From positions 1 through 51,923 of the IMG/VR virus record IMGVR_UViG_3300017996_000002: a DNA stretch of 51,923 nucleotides; one strand, given 5' to 3'. This DNA is from a virus (lineage: Duplodnaviria > Caudoviricetes). The notes under the pieces were generated by a model. It saw only the letters and a list, made by a program, of their open reading frames with translations, was not told where the DNA came from and searched no databases. The translations under genes were made by a program, and so were the position numbers. Below, piece by piece: positions 24,781-34,887 of the stretch; position 1 is the stretch's first letter, and every line of letters begins with the position of its first letter.

Positions 24781-26039
24781 ATGAGCGTCACCGCGATATT
24801 AGCCGCTACAATCGTAGGAGCCTGATCAATCCCCATTTGCAAGCTATTCGAAGCCGGCGACGCCGTGAAGCCGATTAGAATCGAAAGTATCGATACCTCG
24901 GGGCCAATGAGTGAGACCGGCGCGTAAAATTTACTTGCGAGAACTATCGCGCCTATGCGGGCGCGCAACGACCCGTCCGCGCCCGTAAAACTGGCAATGA
25001 TCGCCTGTTGCACGAGCGTTACGATATTCGCCGGCAAGTTCGCATTGGTCGCAAGCTGCACGGCGAAATAGATCGGCGTAGCGGCCGGCGCGATGTACGC
25101 GACCGTGTACGTAGGGATCGGATACTGATAGCCGCTCGTATCTTGAATTGACTCCGTAATCACGGTCGCGCCCGCGCTTCCGGTCGCTGTCTGGTAGCCC
25201 GGTCCGATATTCGCGGCTTGCCATAGCGCGGTTGCCACGGCGACGCCGCTACCGCCGACCACGGCCGCGTAAATGCTGCGCGCCGCGCATGGATACGAAG
25301 TTGAATTCGGGTTGCCGTTGAAAGCGCCACTTTGAACGCTATCCGTATTGTTCTGAGTCACGAATACATCGATCACATTCGGCACGGCGAAAAGCTTCGC
25401 GTAGATTGCCGGCAACGAGCCTTGCGCGTTGATTCCGACTGACTGCTGTCGACGGTACTCGAACGCGGCCGGCGTCTCGACGTTGGCGCCCGCGACACCC
25501 GGCGACGTATTGTTGACAGCGTCCCATCCGGGGATTGCCTGATAAATCGTCGTGACCGTATCCGCGGGGCACGCAGTCGGGCCGGCGACTTGCGCGGCGA
25601 ACGGTAGCGTGATTGTACCGCTAACCGGGATCACGCCCGCCGCTTGGCATATGTAGATATTCCCGCTCGTGTCTTGAGCCATCGCGCCTATCGGAATCGG
25701 CGTATTGAACGCGCCGACGCATTGCAGATTGACAACGGTGGGCACGGCCGGGAGTCGAGTCAAAAAATAGATTCGGCCGATCGCGTCCTGCATGAAGCCC
25801 GTCGCCGTATCCGGGTCCACTTGATTGACGAATGTCGCAAAGGTCGTATTCGCATTAGCAACGATTGCCGTCGTGCTCGTCGCGAGTTGTCCTTGCGGCG
25901 CCGTTAGGGCCGGATTCAAGTTGCCGCCAAAAGCCGCATTTTGATCTTGCTGCACGCCCGCGAGGATCGCTGATTCTTGCGGGATTACAAGCCCGGTCGG
26001 AGTAAATTGAACTTGGGGTACGTTGGTAGTGTTCGACAT
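24777..26039 (-). CDS. Baseplate J-like wedge protein
   Basis: PQGQLA...DPDTATGFMQDAIGRIYFLTR; ETPAAFEYRRQQSV. Confidence 0.88.
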   Translation of the reverse strand: MSNTTNVPQVQFTPTGLVIPQESAILAGVQQDQNAAFGGNLNPALTAPQGQLATSTTAIVANANTTFATFVNQVDPDTATGFMQDAIGRIYFLTRLPAVPTVVNLQCVGAFNTPIPIGAMAQDTSGNIYICQAAGVIPVSGTITLPFAAQVAGPTACPADTVTTIYQAIPGWDAVNNTSPGVAGANVETPAAFEYRRQQSVGINAQGSLPAIYAKLFAVPNVIDVFVTQNNTDSVQSGAFNGNPNSTSYPCAARSIYAAVVGGSGVAVATALWQAANIGPGYQTATGSAGATVITESIQDTSGYQYPIPTYTVAYIAPAATPIYFAVQLATNANLPANIVTLVQQAIIASFTGADGSLRARIGAIVLASKFYAPVSLIGPEVSILSILIGFTASPASNSLQMGIDQAPTIVAANIAVTLI

Positions 26040-26041
26040 GA

Positions 26042-26410
26042 TCAAATGCTCACTGTGCCGGTGTTCCCGCTGGTATCGATAAATTGGACTTGCCCCGTAA
26101 CCGTGCGGGTCTCGGCCGAGTACAATTCTATCACACACGTCGCGCTAGCGACGCCCGGAACTGTGAGGGCCGCCGCTATGAACATTTCTTGAAAAATGTT
26201 AGCCGGCGGCGTCTCGCCGAAGATTTGCCCGAAGTAGTCAACGCCCTGAGTCGTGTCGTAGTAGACCTCACCGAGCACGGTCCTGCACGCCGACGCCACA
26301 TCTTGAGAGAGCGAGTAGGGCGCCGAAGCCATCGCGATATTGCCCGAGGCGTCGAGGGTCAAGTCCCATAAACCTACGTCGAGTAAAAGTGTGTTGTATG
26401 GCGCGGCCAC
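26042..26410 (-). CDS. Baseplate wedge / sheath initiator
   Basis: WDLTLDASGNIA...QDVASACRT.LGEVYYDTTQGV. Confidence 0.75.
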   Translation of the reverse strand: MAAPYNTLLLDVGLWDLTLDASGNIAMASAPYSLSQDVASACRTVLGEVYYDTTQGVDYFGQIFGETPPANIFQEMFIAAALTVPGVASATCVIELYSAETRTVTGQVQFIDTSGNTGTVSI

Positions 26411-26411
26411 G

Positions 26412-27167
26412 TTATGCGACTCCCGTAATAATTCCGTCGACGACAGTCACTGTTCGACTGTCCCCCGTGGCAAATGTGCCGGAAAATCCGTTACCAGCCT
26501 GTACGATATTGCCGTGTAATGTACCTGACACCAAGGCACCGCCAGTTACTACCAAGCCGCCGTTCGCCTCAACGGAACTCGTAAAGGTCGCTGTTCCCGT
26601 AACGGCTAATGTCGTGTCGAGCGTCGTCGCTTCGGTAACTTCTAGCGGCCCCTCTACCTTATTCGCGGGCGACTGCAACGTAATCGCGGTCGGCGAGACC
26701 GCAGTGATTCCATTAGACGCAAGCTCGATATATTGCGTCGGCGTCCCGTTGAGCATGCCCGACACATAGATCGCGTCTGCCCAATCGAATATGCGGGCGC
26801 TACTCGGATTCGCCGCGGCGCGTGCGTTCTTGACGCTGGTAATGTCGCGCGAGGCGAACGCAGCCATACCGATATCATTGACCGCGGGATCGCAGATAAA
26901 CGCGCTCGTGCCGCCTTGAGCGCGATTGAAGGGCACGCCGTATATGACGTCATGCGGGATGGCCGTGCGGTTGCCGGTCATCAAATTTACGAGCACTTGA
27001 ACGTCGACCGTCCCCGTGGGTCCAACGCCGCCGCCATGAACTGCAACGACTTTAACTATGCTGACAGTCTGCATGCCGCGCAATGCGGCTTGCACGATAA
27101 AATCGAGCGTGTTGTATTCGCTCGTGTCGCTTGACGCATTCGCTTGACCGTATACCGGGTTACTCAT
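26412..27167 (-). CDS. Baseplate central spike (gpV/Gp138-like)
   Basis: OB-fold-like TVDVQVLV...DPAVNDIG...SRDI followed by beta-helix-like repeats. Confidence 0.8.
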   Translation of the reverse strand: MSNPVYGQANASSDTSEYNTLDFIVQAALRGMQTVSIVKVVAVHGGGVGPTGTVDVQVLVNLMTGNRTAIPHDVIYGVPFNRAQGGTSAFICDPAVNDIGMAAFASRDITSVKNARAAANPSSARIFDWADAIYVSGMLNGTPTQYIELASNGITAVSPTAITLQSPANKVEGPLEVTEATTLDTTLAVTGTATFTSSVEANGGLVVTGGALVSGTLHGNIVQAGNGFSGTFATGDSRTVTVVDGIITGVA

Positions 27168-28147
27168 GTTCCCACCGTTGGCGCATTCGGCGGATACAAA
27201 ATCATATCGGAGAACCACGCGCCGCCAGGCACGAATGCTTCAAGCGTGTTCGTGATCGCGGTCACGACCCAGTTGCCATTCGCGATTGAGTTAAGCTGAG
27301 TCGACGCGGTCAATGTTGCGTCGATCACGACATCCGAACCTTCGATTGTAATCGGCGTCTTGACGCGAAACGCTGGATTATAGAGCGAGCGCACGGATAA
27401 GAACCCGTTCGCTTGTGGCTGCGGATAGCCGACGAGCCCCGTTGTGGGGCTGAGAATTTGCGATGCCCCAAAGCTCGCCTGCCCGCGCGGTGAGACGGTA
27501 ACGGTTGTCGTATTGCTATCCGAATCGAAAACCGGATCAATATTGAACGCCCGGCAAACCGCGCGCAACTGTTCGCCGCTCGCTTGCGGATAATAGGTCG
27601 GACCGCTCGTCGAAATCGTCACGCCGTTATTGATCGCCGTAATTCCCATTTTTATAGCGATCACGGAAATGATATCGAATACGCTCGTGCTGCCCGGGAA
27701 GCTCGACGGCGTCGCGGGATTTATGAGTGTATAGCTTTGATTCATGGCCGTTATTACGAGTGGCACGTCAGGAATTGCCGAGTAGTCCGGGCCGGCGGTT
27801 CGTATGTTGCCGGCGAACGCCGCGGCCCACCCATTGCCGCTATTCGCTTCGATCAGTACCGTGTTAGGTAGCCAGCCCGTTTTGCCGGCGCTCACCGTTT
27901 GCACCGCCAGCGCATTCATGTCGCCCTGAGTCATGCCGTAAATTTTCAGCGTCGCCTCGGGAAACGACGGGAAGCCCGCGCCGCGAATGACTGCGATCAT
28001 GCGCAAGCCGGTCAGCGTCAATTTGTTCCCGAGCACGGCCCCGTTCGCGCCCACGAATACGGCGTTGCTATTCGTCAGCGTGAACGTGACGCGTAGTTGT
28101 TTGGCGGTAAAACTACCGTTAAAGAGCGACAAGATCGGACGCCTCAA
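27164..28147 (-). CDS. Baseplate hub protein
   Basis: Position in the tail module; ATLKIYG, FAGNI..A.PD, GLVGYP motifs. The start may be the TTG at 28132. Confidence 0.75.
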   Translation of the reverse strand: MRRPILSLFNGSFTAKQLRVTFTLTNSNAVFVGANGAVLGNKLTLTGLRMIAVIRGAGFPSFPEATLKIYGMTQGDMNALAVQTVSAGKTGWLPNTVLIEANSGNGWAAAFAGNIRTAGPDYSAIPDVPLVITAMNQSYTLINPATPSSFPGSTSVFDIISVIAIKMGITAINNGVTISTSGPTYYPQASGEQLRAVCRAFNIDPVFDSDSNTTTVTVSPRGQASFGASQILSPTTGLVGYPQPQANGFLSVRSLYNPAFRVKTPITIEGSDVVIDATLTASTQLNSIANGNWVVTAITNTLEAFVPGGAWFSDMILYPPNAPTVGT

Positions 28148-28478
28148 GGTAGAGTAAAAGGAACTGTGAGCCTAGCCCCGTATAGTACGGTGGCGATCCG
28201 GAAAATGTGGGCGGCCCCGTGCCTTGCACATCCAGGAACATAAAATCGCCGACCACGCCGAGATATGTACGGTCGAGCAGTAAACGTGTCCGGTCAAGCA
28301 TGCGGACCGCGGTCACGATAGGCACGCCGTTGACGATCAAGTCGAGGAACAAACCGGCCGCTACGCCATACTCGTCGACGATCGGTTGTTTCTGGTATAT
28401 CGCTATCTGGCAACTTTGGCCGCCAAGCACGGCGATAAAAGTCTGCGACGGAACGGCGTTGATTTGTAATTGCTTCAT
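28119..28478 (-). CDS. Baseplate plug-like protein
   Basis: INAVPSQTF...LGGQSCQI...GDFMFLDVQG...YTGLGSQFLLLY. Confidence 0.7.
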   Translation of the reverse strand: MKQLQINAVPSQTFIAVLGGQSCQIAIYQKQPIVDEYGVAAGLFLDLIVNGVPIVTAVRMLDRTRLLLDRTYLGVVGDFMFLDVQGTGPPTFSGSPPYYTGLGSQFLLLYLEASDLVAL

Positions 28479-28482
28479 GAGA

Positions 28483-29214
28483 TCACCCTACCGGAACCGG
28501 CGGCACGATCGCAGCGACAGCGGCTGACTGCACCGCCGATACCGGCGTCTGTGCGTTGTTCTGCCCGTTGTTGATAGGTGGGATCGCGCTCGGCACAGAT
28601 GCATTCGACAGCGACGGGACGCCGGCCGTAGTGCCATACTGCTGATCGATTTCGATGATCTGCACGAAGAACAACTCAACGTCAAACATAGTCGCATTCG
28701 CTGCGCCGCGCCGCGAGAGTTCCGGGCGTGTCACGCAACAATTGAGATATGATTTTTCCGGCGTCACGATCGTATACGTGCTAAGCGACGCGGCGATAGC
28801 GTCAATCTGCTGTAAGAATTGGTTGCGGCTCGCGAGCGAACCGCCCTTCGTCAACACAACAGAACTTTCATACGGCAACAGAACCTTGTTAAAACTCGCG
28901 AAGCTTCCGCGCTGTATCTGGTAACTCGATACCTTGAACTCTTGCCGCCATCCGAAATCTTGCATGCTGTCGGCGTTCACGGCTAGATTGTTGTTCGAGT
29001 CGAACACGCCCCATATCGGCGCGGCTTGCGTCGCTTGCCACAAGGCGCCCTGACTTGACGGCGTGCCGATGGTCGGCGGCGTTGACGCCGGGGATAGGAG
29101 CGAACGCGCGAGTTGCGGTACACCCGGCAATTGGGGGACGTTCGGATACGGGGGTATAGGGACGGTGATCGAGATTCCGAGGCCGGCGCCCGCGCCTTGA
29201 GTGATAAAGCTCAT
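28483..29214 (-). CDS. Baseplate/distal tail protein
   Basis: Follows the tape measure gene; VSSYQIQRGSFASFNKV..P; YTIVTPEKSY. Confidence 0.7.
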   Translation of the reverse strand: MSFITQGAGAGLGISITVPIPPYPNVPQLPGVPQLARSLLSPASTPPTIGTPSSQGALWQATQAAPIWGVFDSNNNLAVNADSMQDFGWRQEFKVSSYQIQRGSFASFNKVLLPYESSVVLTKGGSLASRNQFLQQIDAIAASLSTYTIVTPEKSYLNCCVTRPELSRRGAANATMFDVELFFVQIIEIDQQYGTTAGVPSLSNASVPSAIPPINNGQNNAQTPVSAVQSAAVAAIVPPVPVG

Positions 29215-30815
29215 GATTGCCCCGCGTCCGCTTGCGTCACTGTCGCTTTACGGTTCAGCGCGTCCGCGGTTGCGCTCGCGACTGCGTTAGGATCCGATGC
29301 GTTTGAGTGTACTTCGATTTTGCCAACAGTGACGGTTGTCGTGTTGCCGGCCGCGGGTGCCGCCGCTACGGGTCCACCACCAGGCCGCCCCGTGATTGCG
29401 GGCGTAGCGCCAGCTTGAGCGGCCCGATATGCCGAGTCCGGCAACTTGCTTTCAACAGCAACCATCGCATTGATCAGGGACGATATATCGGCCTCGGTAA
29501 GTTTCTCATTCGCGCCTTTGCCCGTGAGCCGAGACGCCCGCTCGATATACGCGGCCGTTTCATACGGGTGTTTCTTCGTATCCGTGCCCTCGTACGCTGA
29601 AATGAGCTTGGCGATTGTATCGTCACCTTTCTTGAATTTGCGCTCAACCGTGCCGAGCATGGCGGCTTGTCCCGCGGCAAGCGTGGCGAATATGCGGAAC
29701 CCGTCCGCATCGCTCAATTGATTGCCCACGGCTTTGATGTTTCCGGGGTTATTGTTCCGTTCAGCCCGGCTGCGGGTATCCGGTAGCCGAGTTACCGGGG
29801 GGACCGGACGAGTGATCGTCCCGCGCGCCGTACCGCCGACGCTCGGGGCCGCTGGCGGGCTGTAGCCCTCGGCGCCCGCCGCTGCATAGGGATCGGTGCC
29901 AAGCGCCGCGGCCTCGGCTTCTGAGGGTGTCGTATCGCTGGAAAAGGACAGCGTTTTGACAACTTCGGCCACGGTCGCGAGCGCGCCCTTGATAGCCGGC
30001 GTCGAGAATTTCAGAATCTTATTCCCCGCCTGATCGACGGCTTGGCCCACTTCACGCCATGACGACACAAGCCCCTCGGCATTCTTCGCCGATTCCTTTG
30101 TCGTTTCGTTGTACTTCGTGGCCGTCGCGATCTGTTCGTCGCGCAGCTTCTTTTCTTCAAGCAAAAAGTCGATCACGCCCTGAGAGAGGCCGGCCGCGGC
30201 CATCATATTGGCGCGATCCGCCTCTGACATGTTGCCCATTTTTTTAGCTAACTCATCGAGTATGGTCCCCGTGTCCAAAAGATTTTGATTCGCGTCTTCG
30301 TAATTGACGCCCTTCTGTTGCAACAGTTGCAGCAATGGGCCGATCTCACCTTTCAACTTCTTAGCCGTGAATTCCTGCGATAACTTCGCAAAACTCGCTT
30401 GCGCGTCTTCGGCCTTGCCGCCGGCAAGCTCAACAGCTTTTCCGTAAATGTTGAGGGCGTCCGCGCCCACGCCGATGCGCGTAGCCGTGCGCCCGAGCGC
30501 CGCCTGTCCGGCGTTCAGTTCGCCGAGGTATTTCGCCGCGCCGCCTAGAGTCTCGAAGCCGAGGAACGCCGCCGCGAGCCCGCGCCCGAGGTTCCCTATT
30601 GAGCCCGTGAGTTCATCCGTGCGTTTTTTGCGGTCAAGCGTATTCTGTTTCTCAAGGCGGGCGCGTTCTTTTTCCTCGCGATCGTTTTTCTTATTGACGC
30701 GGTCGCGCTTCGCCAGCGTCTCGGCGTCGATCTTGTCGACGTCCTTAGATGCGCGTTTGTACTCGGCCATATCGAGTTCGAGTTGTACGACAAGAGCGTC
30801 AATAACCGTGGGCAT
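29211..30815 (-). CDS. Tape measure protein with C-terminal RNNNPGN (lysozyme-like) domain
   Basis: MPTVIDALVVQL start, an Ala-rich helical body, then RAERNNNPGNIK...FRIFAT...ETAAYI. Confidence 0.82.
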   Translation of the reverse strand: MPTVIDALVVQLELDMAEYKRASKDVDKIDAETLAKRDRVNKKNDREEKERARLEKQNTLDRKKRTDELTGSIGNLGRGLAAAFLGFETLGGAAKYLGELNAGQAALGRTATRIGVGADALNIYGKAVELAGGKAEDAQASFAKLSQEFTAKKLKGEIGPLLQLLQQKGVNYEDANQNLLDTGTILDELAKKMGNMSEADRANMMAAAGLSQGVIDFLLEEKKLRDEQIATATKYNETTKESAKNAEGLVSSWREVGQAVDQAGNKILKFSTPAIKGALATVAEVVKTLSFSSDTTPSEAEAAALGTDPYAAAGAEGYSPPAAPSVGGTARGTITRPVPPVTRLPDTRSRAERNNNPGNIKAVGNQLSDADGFRIFATLAAGQAAMLGTVERKFKKGDDTIAKLISAYEGTDTKKHPYETAAYIERASRLTGKGANEKLTEADISSLINAMVAVESKLPDSAYRAAQAGATPAITGRPGGGPVAAAPAAGNTTTVTVGKIEVHSNASDPNAVASATADALNRKATVTQADAGQS

Positions 30816-30819
30816 TTGC

Positions 30820-31050
30820 CTAGCCTTCGTTCACTGTGCGTCGGTTGTGGAAGTCGACGCCGATAACTTCGGCTAAATCAAACGCATCGCGGACGCCGTA
30901 TACCGACTGCAATTCATGCAACGTCGCCATGCCCGACGATACTATCATACCAATCAGGGGCGGCAAGTTTACATAACTGATAAGGCCGCGCGGCCGGGCT
31001 TCGAACAGCCTTAACCCGTACTCGGGTCGGACGCGGCCACGGAAAAACCC
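30820..31050 (-). CDS. Tail assembly chaperone -1 frameshift extension (gpT-like)
   Basis: The -1 frame is open from the slippery site through ...ATLHELQSVYGVRDAFDLAEVI.VD..N. Confidence 0.7.
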   Translation of the reverse strand, partial: GFFRGRVRPEYGLRLFEARPRGLISYVNLPPLIGMIVSSGMATLHELQSVYGVRDAFDLAEVIGVDFHNRRTVNEG

Positions 31051-31448
31051 GTGTGAAGGGTAAACAGCGCTTTGTGCAATAAGAAAAAAGTTTTGACTTC
31101 CTCTATGGGGCAATTTGGCCCTTGTAGGATCGGCTGCGTCGGGTGCTTCGGATCATGCTCATATCGAGCGCACGCGAGAAGCTCCGCTAAAAGGGGCGCT
31201 AATTCACCATAGGACGCTTCTAGCAAGGCGGACGCGGCGAAAGGGGCCAATGCCGCCCACCCCGCGCCGAGAGCGCCCGTAGGCAGTTTGCCGCCGCCGG
31301 CCGTAATCGCGAGGAGCGCACGCAACGCCCAATCTTGGCCCGAGTACGCGTCCATTTCCGTGAGCACAAACGTTTTGCCGTTGTCTCGCTCGCCGAGGGC
31401 TTCCACGCGGACGCCCGGGATCGTCAATTTTTCGACTCGTCGAGTCAT
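31011..31448 (-). CDS. Tail assembly chaperone
   Basis: RDNGKTFVLTEM...WALRALLA...IEEVKT; lies between the tube and tape measure genes. Confidence 0.8.
   Translation of the reverse strand: MTRRVEKLTIPGVRVEALGERDNGKTFVLTEMDAYSGQDWALRALLAITAGGGKLPTGALGAGWAALAPFAASALLEASYGELAPLLAELLACARYEHDPKHPTQPILQGPNCPIEEVKTFFLLHKALFTLHTGFSVAASDPSTG
31044..31050 (-). promoter_or_regulatory. Programmed -1 frameshift slippery heptamer G GGT TTT
   Basis: CAC ACG GGT TTT TCC near the end of the chaperone ORF. Confidence 0.75.
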
Positions 31449-31506
31449 GCACTACTCCCGTAGTTTTGATCGCCCGTTGATGCGTGGTCGGGCGCCACCT
31501 AGCCGC

Positions 31507-31944
31507 TTAGACGTTGCTCACGTCGGACGTTTCCCATTCGATCATGTACGTCTGACCGTCAAATACTTGTTTTGCGTCCGGCATGACTTTGGCTCGCGAT
31601 AGCGTGCCGTTGGTAAGCGCGTACGCTTTGCCGAGGCCGGGTGCCCATATTGAGGCCGAGTCCGCCGGCAAGTCATCCCGCGCCGCTTTCATGGCCGCAA
31701 GCCACTGATCGAATACGGCGATCGAGGGGCTGTCCGCTTGCAGATGCACAAGCATCTTCGTAAGATACGGCGTGTAGCCGCTCGATTTCTTGCCGTCAAC
31801 GCCGATTTTCGCAATAGCCGGCGTCACGTCTTCCGTGCCGAAAGCATCGTCAACCATGTAGCCTTGCACGGTAACGGGCACGCCGAACACGGCTTCGTTG
31901 GTAATCGAAAATTCGCTGTTCGCGCTCGTGATTGTGATAGCCAT
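31507..31944 (-). CDS. Tail tube protein
   Basis: TITSAN...GVDGKKSSGY...LQADSPS; directly after the sheath. Confidence 0.82.
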   Translation of the reverse strand: MAITITSANSEFSITNEAVFGVPVTVQGYMVDDAFGTEDVTPAIAKIGVDGKKSSGYTPYLTKMLVHLQADSPSIAVFDQWLAAMKAARDDLPADSASIWAPGLGKAYALTNGTLSRAKVMPDAKQVFDGQTYMIEWETSDVSNV

Positions 31945-31958
31945 GACTCAAAAACCCC

Positions 31959-33704
31959 TTAGAGAATATCCGTTGACGACATGCTGATCTGCTGAACGCT
32001 TCCGCCGTCCGTGTACCAGAAGTTGATAACCGGAGATCCGCGGTTGCCGCGAACGATGGAACCCGGGTCGAGAATTTGCAAATACCAGCCGATATTCTGA
32101 ATTGTGGCCGTGGCGTTCGGGTCTCCGGTCGCGCTGTTGAGCGCCGCCGATTGCGTCCCGCTCAGAGTCACGCCCTTGACGATCGAACCGAAATTCAAGG
32201 CGGCTTTGATCGGCGTCAAGAGCGCGCCGCGAATCAGATTGTACCCGCGCGTGACATACGGTACGGCCGGTACAGACGCCAGCAAATTCATAAGCGCAAG
32301 CTGAAAGCTCGCGTTCAGGTAGATTTGATTGATATACGTGTCGGCCCACGCGAAGGCGCCGGAAACTTGACCCGGCTGGTTCTGAGTAAATTGCGCGTTC
32401 GCCGTGGCGAATTGCGCATAACAGTTGTACCCGTTGCCGAGCAAATTGTTGTACGAAGTCTCGTCGGTAATCTGAGCGGCCAATCCGGCTTGCCCGCGAA
32501 ATGCAAACGTGGTGCGGCCGTTCGTTTGAGCGAAATTGATGGATCCGGCGATAGCCGTTTGCAGCGCTGCCATGACGCCCGTTCCGCTGTTGTCGTACAC
32601 GGGCATGATCCCGTCATCATTAGCGGCGTCCACGATCGCGCCGAACGTGGTCGGCTGATTCGCTTGAAGCGCCAGTACGTTCGAGTCTTGTGCGACGTAC
32701 AAATAACGCTTGTTCGTAGTTTGCACCCACGCGGTAAATGCGAGTTTGACGACGTCCGTTACTTCGGCGACGGTCAAAAAGGTCGCCCAATTCTGAGTAA
32801 GCGAAGTGAGGCCGGTCATAAGGGCGGCAGGAACCGCAATCGCGGCGCCAGCGGATCCCACGGCGCCGGTTGCGACCGTGAGATTCAACCCCGTGGTGAG
32901 GCTGTCCGTGGTCGGGAAAGCCACGGCCGAATTTACGCCCGTGGTCGGAGACGTGACCACGTACGCTTGTCGAAGCGAATCGTACGAGACGACGCCGACG
33001 CCGGCAACGTTTGCGGCTTTGCCGGTCGGGCTTGAGCTAAAGCCGGTGTTCGTGCTGACGTTGACCGTGCCCGTGCCCAAAAGTGCGGTGTACGTGCCGA
33101 AGCTCGTAATGGTCAGGCCCGGGTCCGCGCCCGAGGCAAGGATCACATCGCCGACGTTCAAGTGTCCCGACGTAGTCGTGACAATGGTCGCGATAAGTCC
33201 CGCGGCCGTCTGGTATGCGGTACCTACCCAACGGCCGGGGGCCGTTACATCTTGCAATCCCGCGGTCAACATCGAAGCCGCATTGCTCGGGCTCGTCGCG
33301 GTCGATAGGTTGACCGTGTTCGAAACTTGGGGGATTCCGTCGATACTGATCGTGATTACGCCGGAAAGCGCGTTGAGTTGCGCGAGCGTCTGAGCCGCGA
33401 CCGAGCCGCCGCGGACGTAGCCGGCGACTGCCGCGCTGTTGTATTGAGCAAAATAGAGCACGCTCGGGACGTACGTGCATCCGTTGTATCCCGCAAAATA
33501 GACATTTGCGAGTTTCGTTTCCGGGGCCAAGGCGCCGAACCATGCAGCGACGGCCGCCGCGCTCGGGAACGGCTGAGCCGTGCCGATGGGGATCGAAGGG
33601 TCGTTCGTGAGATAGACCGAATTCAGCGAAAGCGGATTGCCGCCCGCGCCTAACACGCCGGGTATGACTTGTGCAAGGCGCGAAGCCGGTATGCTATTGC
33701 TCAT
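31959..33704 (-). CDS. Tail sheath protein (DUF3383)
   Basis: SIPAS.LAQV.PGVL, QNWATF, WADTYINQI.LN, FWYTDGGSVQ. Confidence 0.9.
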   Translation of the reverse strand: MSNSIPASRLAQVIPGVLGAGGNPLSLNSVYLTNDPSIPIGTAQPFPSAAAVAAWFGALAPETKLANVYFAGYNGCTYVPSVLYFAQYNSAAVAGYVRGGSVAAQTLAQLNALSGVITISIDGIPQVSNTVNLSTATSPSNAASMLTAGLQDVTAPGRWVGTAYQTAAGLIATIVTTTSGHLNVGDVILASGADPGLTITSFGTYTALLGTGTVNVSTNTGFSSSPTGKAANVAGVGVVSYDSLRQAYVVTSPTTGVNSAVAFPTTDSLTTGLNLTVATGAVGSAGAAIAVPAALMTGLTSLTQNWATFLTVAEVTDVVKLAFTAWVQTTNKRYLYVAQDSNVLALQANQPTTFGAIVDAANDDGIMPVYDNSGTGVMAALQTAIAGSINFAQTNGRTTFAFRGQAGLAAQITDETSYNNLLGNGYNCYAQFATANAQFTQNQPGQVSGAFAWADTYINQIYLNASFQLALMNLLASVPAVPYVTRGYNLIRGALLTPIKAALNFGSIVKGVTLSGTQSAALNSATGDPNATATIQNIGWYLQILDPGSIVRGNRGSPVINFWYTDGGSVQQISMSSTDIL

Positions 33705-33764
33705 TGGCGGGATTCCTGAAACTGTTAAACGAAGTCTAGGCCGGTATCATAACTGAGAACTGCG

Positions 33765-34295
33765 TCACGGTCCATAGGCCGTCTGCGCGTCCACAATGTT
33801 GACGGGTCCGACTGCGTCCGCATACTGCTGAGTGGTCGTTACCACGGGGTTGTATTGCAGCCGCGCCGTGACTATCCACCGATCCTCGTATTGCTCCTCG
33901 GCGTTCGTCAGCGGGGCGCGTATCGGGTCATCCGCGTACAAGGGCGCGCACGTCGGCGCGAGCGCGAGACAGCCCACGTTATCGCGTAGCAACGTTGTAA
34001 GAATGTTCGCCCAATCCGCCGCGGCCGGGCTGTAGCAGTCGATCTGTATATCAACCCGCGTGCCTTGCTCGGACGTCTGCGTAGTCGGGCTTGGTCCGGC
34101 CGGCGTCGAGTCGATATTCGTCCGTAGGCGCTTCATAAGAATAGTGCTCATACCGACGAAGGGGCCGTTAGGCATAGGTACGCGGTTATCGAAATTCTGC
34201 ACCACGAACGGCGCCGTAAGTCCGAGCACGGACATGATGAAGTTCCCGAGTGCTGTATAGACTTGCGACTGCGGAATGCTGATCGTTACACTCAT
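33765..34295 (-). CDS. Tail terminator / neck protein
   Basis: NRVPMP, QIDCY, PLYADDP, EQYEDRW...LQYNP. Confidence 0.75.
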   Translation of the reverse strand: MSVTISIPQSQVYTALGNFIMSVLGLTAPFVVQNFDNRVPMPNGPFVGMSTILMKRLRTNIDSTPAGPSPTTQTSEQGTRVDIQIDCYSPAAADWANILTTLLRDNVGCLALAPTCAPLYADDPIRAPLTNAEEQYEDRWIVTARLQYNPVVTTTQQYADAVGPVNIVDAQTAYGP

Positions 34296-34699
34296 GAAGG
34301 CGTGTCCGTTTGAAGGCAGACAACTAGCTCGGTCCATCCGCCATTCTCGACGTTCCAAGGGCCGTTCACGTCTACGACTTTCCAAGTCTGCGAGACTTGC
34401 CCGCGGAACGGCGGGAACTGTAGAAGGTCGCCGCCTTGCGCGAGCACGCGAACGATGCCTTGCGGATTGCCGTATAGGAATACGGTACGAAAGACGCCTT
34501 GCAAATTCTGTTTCTCGACGAGGCGCAAGCCGGCGCGCGAGAGCGGTTGAACTTGGACGCGCACGGGCACGGCCGCGGCAAAACTCGGCGTGCGAGAGAA
34601 GTCGGCGTTCGAAGTCGGCCCGGTCGACGCGCGGTACTGCGCCGTGATATCCGGATTAACGGAAGTGATCGCGCCTCGGACTATGCTATGTAGATTCAT
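34292..34699 (-). CDS. Head closure protein
   Basis: MNLHSIVRGAI..VNP...QVQPL...GGDLL...W. Confidence 0.75.
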   Translation of the reverse strand: MNLHSIVRGAITSVNPDITAQYRASTGPTSNADFSRTPSFAAAVPVRVQVQPLSRAGLRLVEKQNLQGVFRTVFLYGNPQGIVRVLAQGGDLLQFPPFRGQVSQTWKVVDVNGPWNVENGGWTELVVCLQTDTPS

Positions 34700-34887
34700 T
34701 TCGCCCGCCCTACTTCTACCAATTGCTCGCGCCGAATCAGCGCTAGAATCGTATCCGTCAACTTCAATTCGCGCCGCACGAAATCGAGCCGTATTTCAAG
34801 CGCCGCCTTTTGTTCCGTATAGAACGCGAGTTCCTTCGCTTTGCGCGCCCGATGGTCGACCAAATCCGACAACAAAATGATGCTCAT
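34696..34887 (-). CDS. Small coiled-coil hypothetical protein (63 aa)
   Basis: Coupled by ATGA overlaps at both ends. Confidence 0.55.
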   Translation of the reverse strand: MSIILLSDLVDHRARKAKELAFYTEQKAALEIRLDFVRRELKLTDTILALIRREQLVEVGRAK

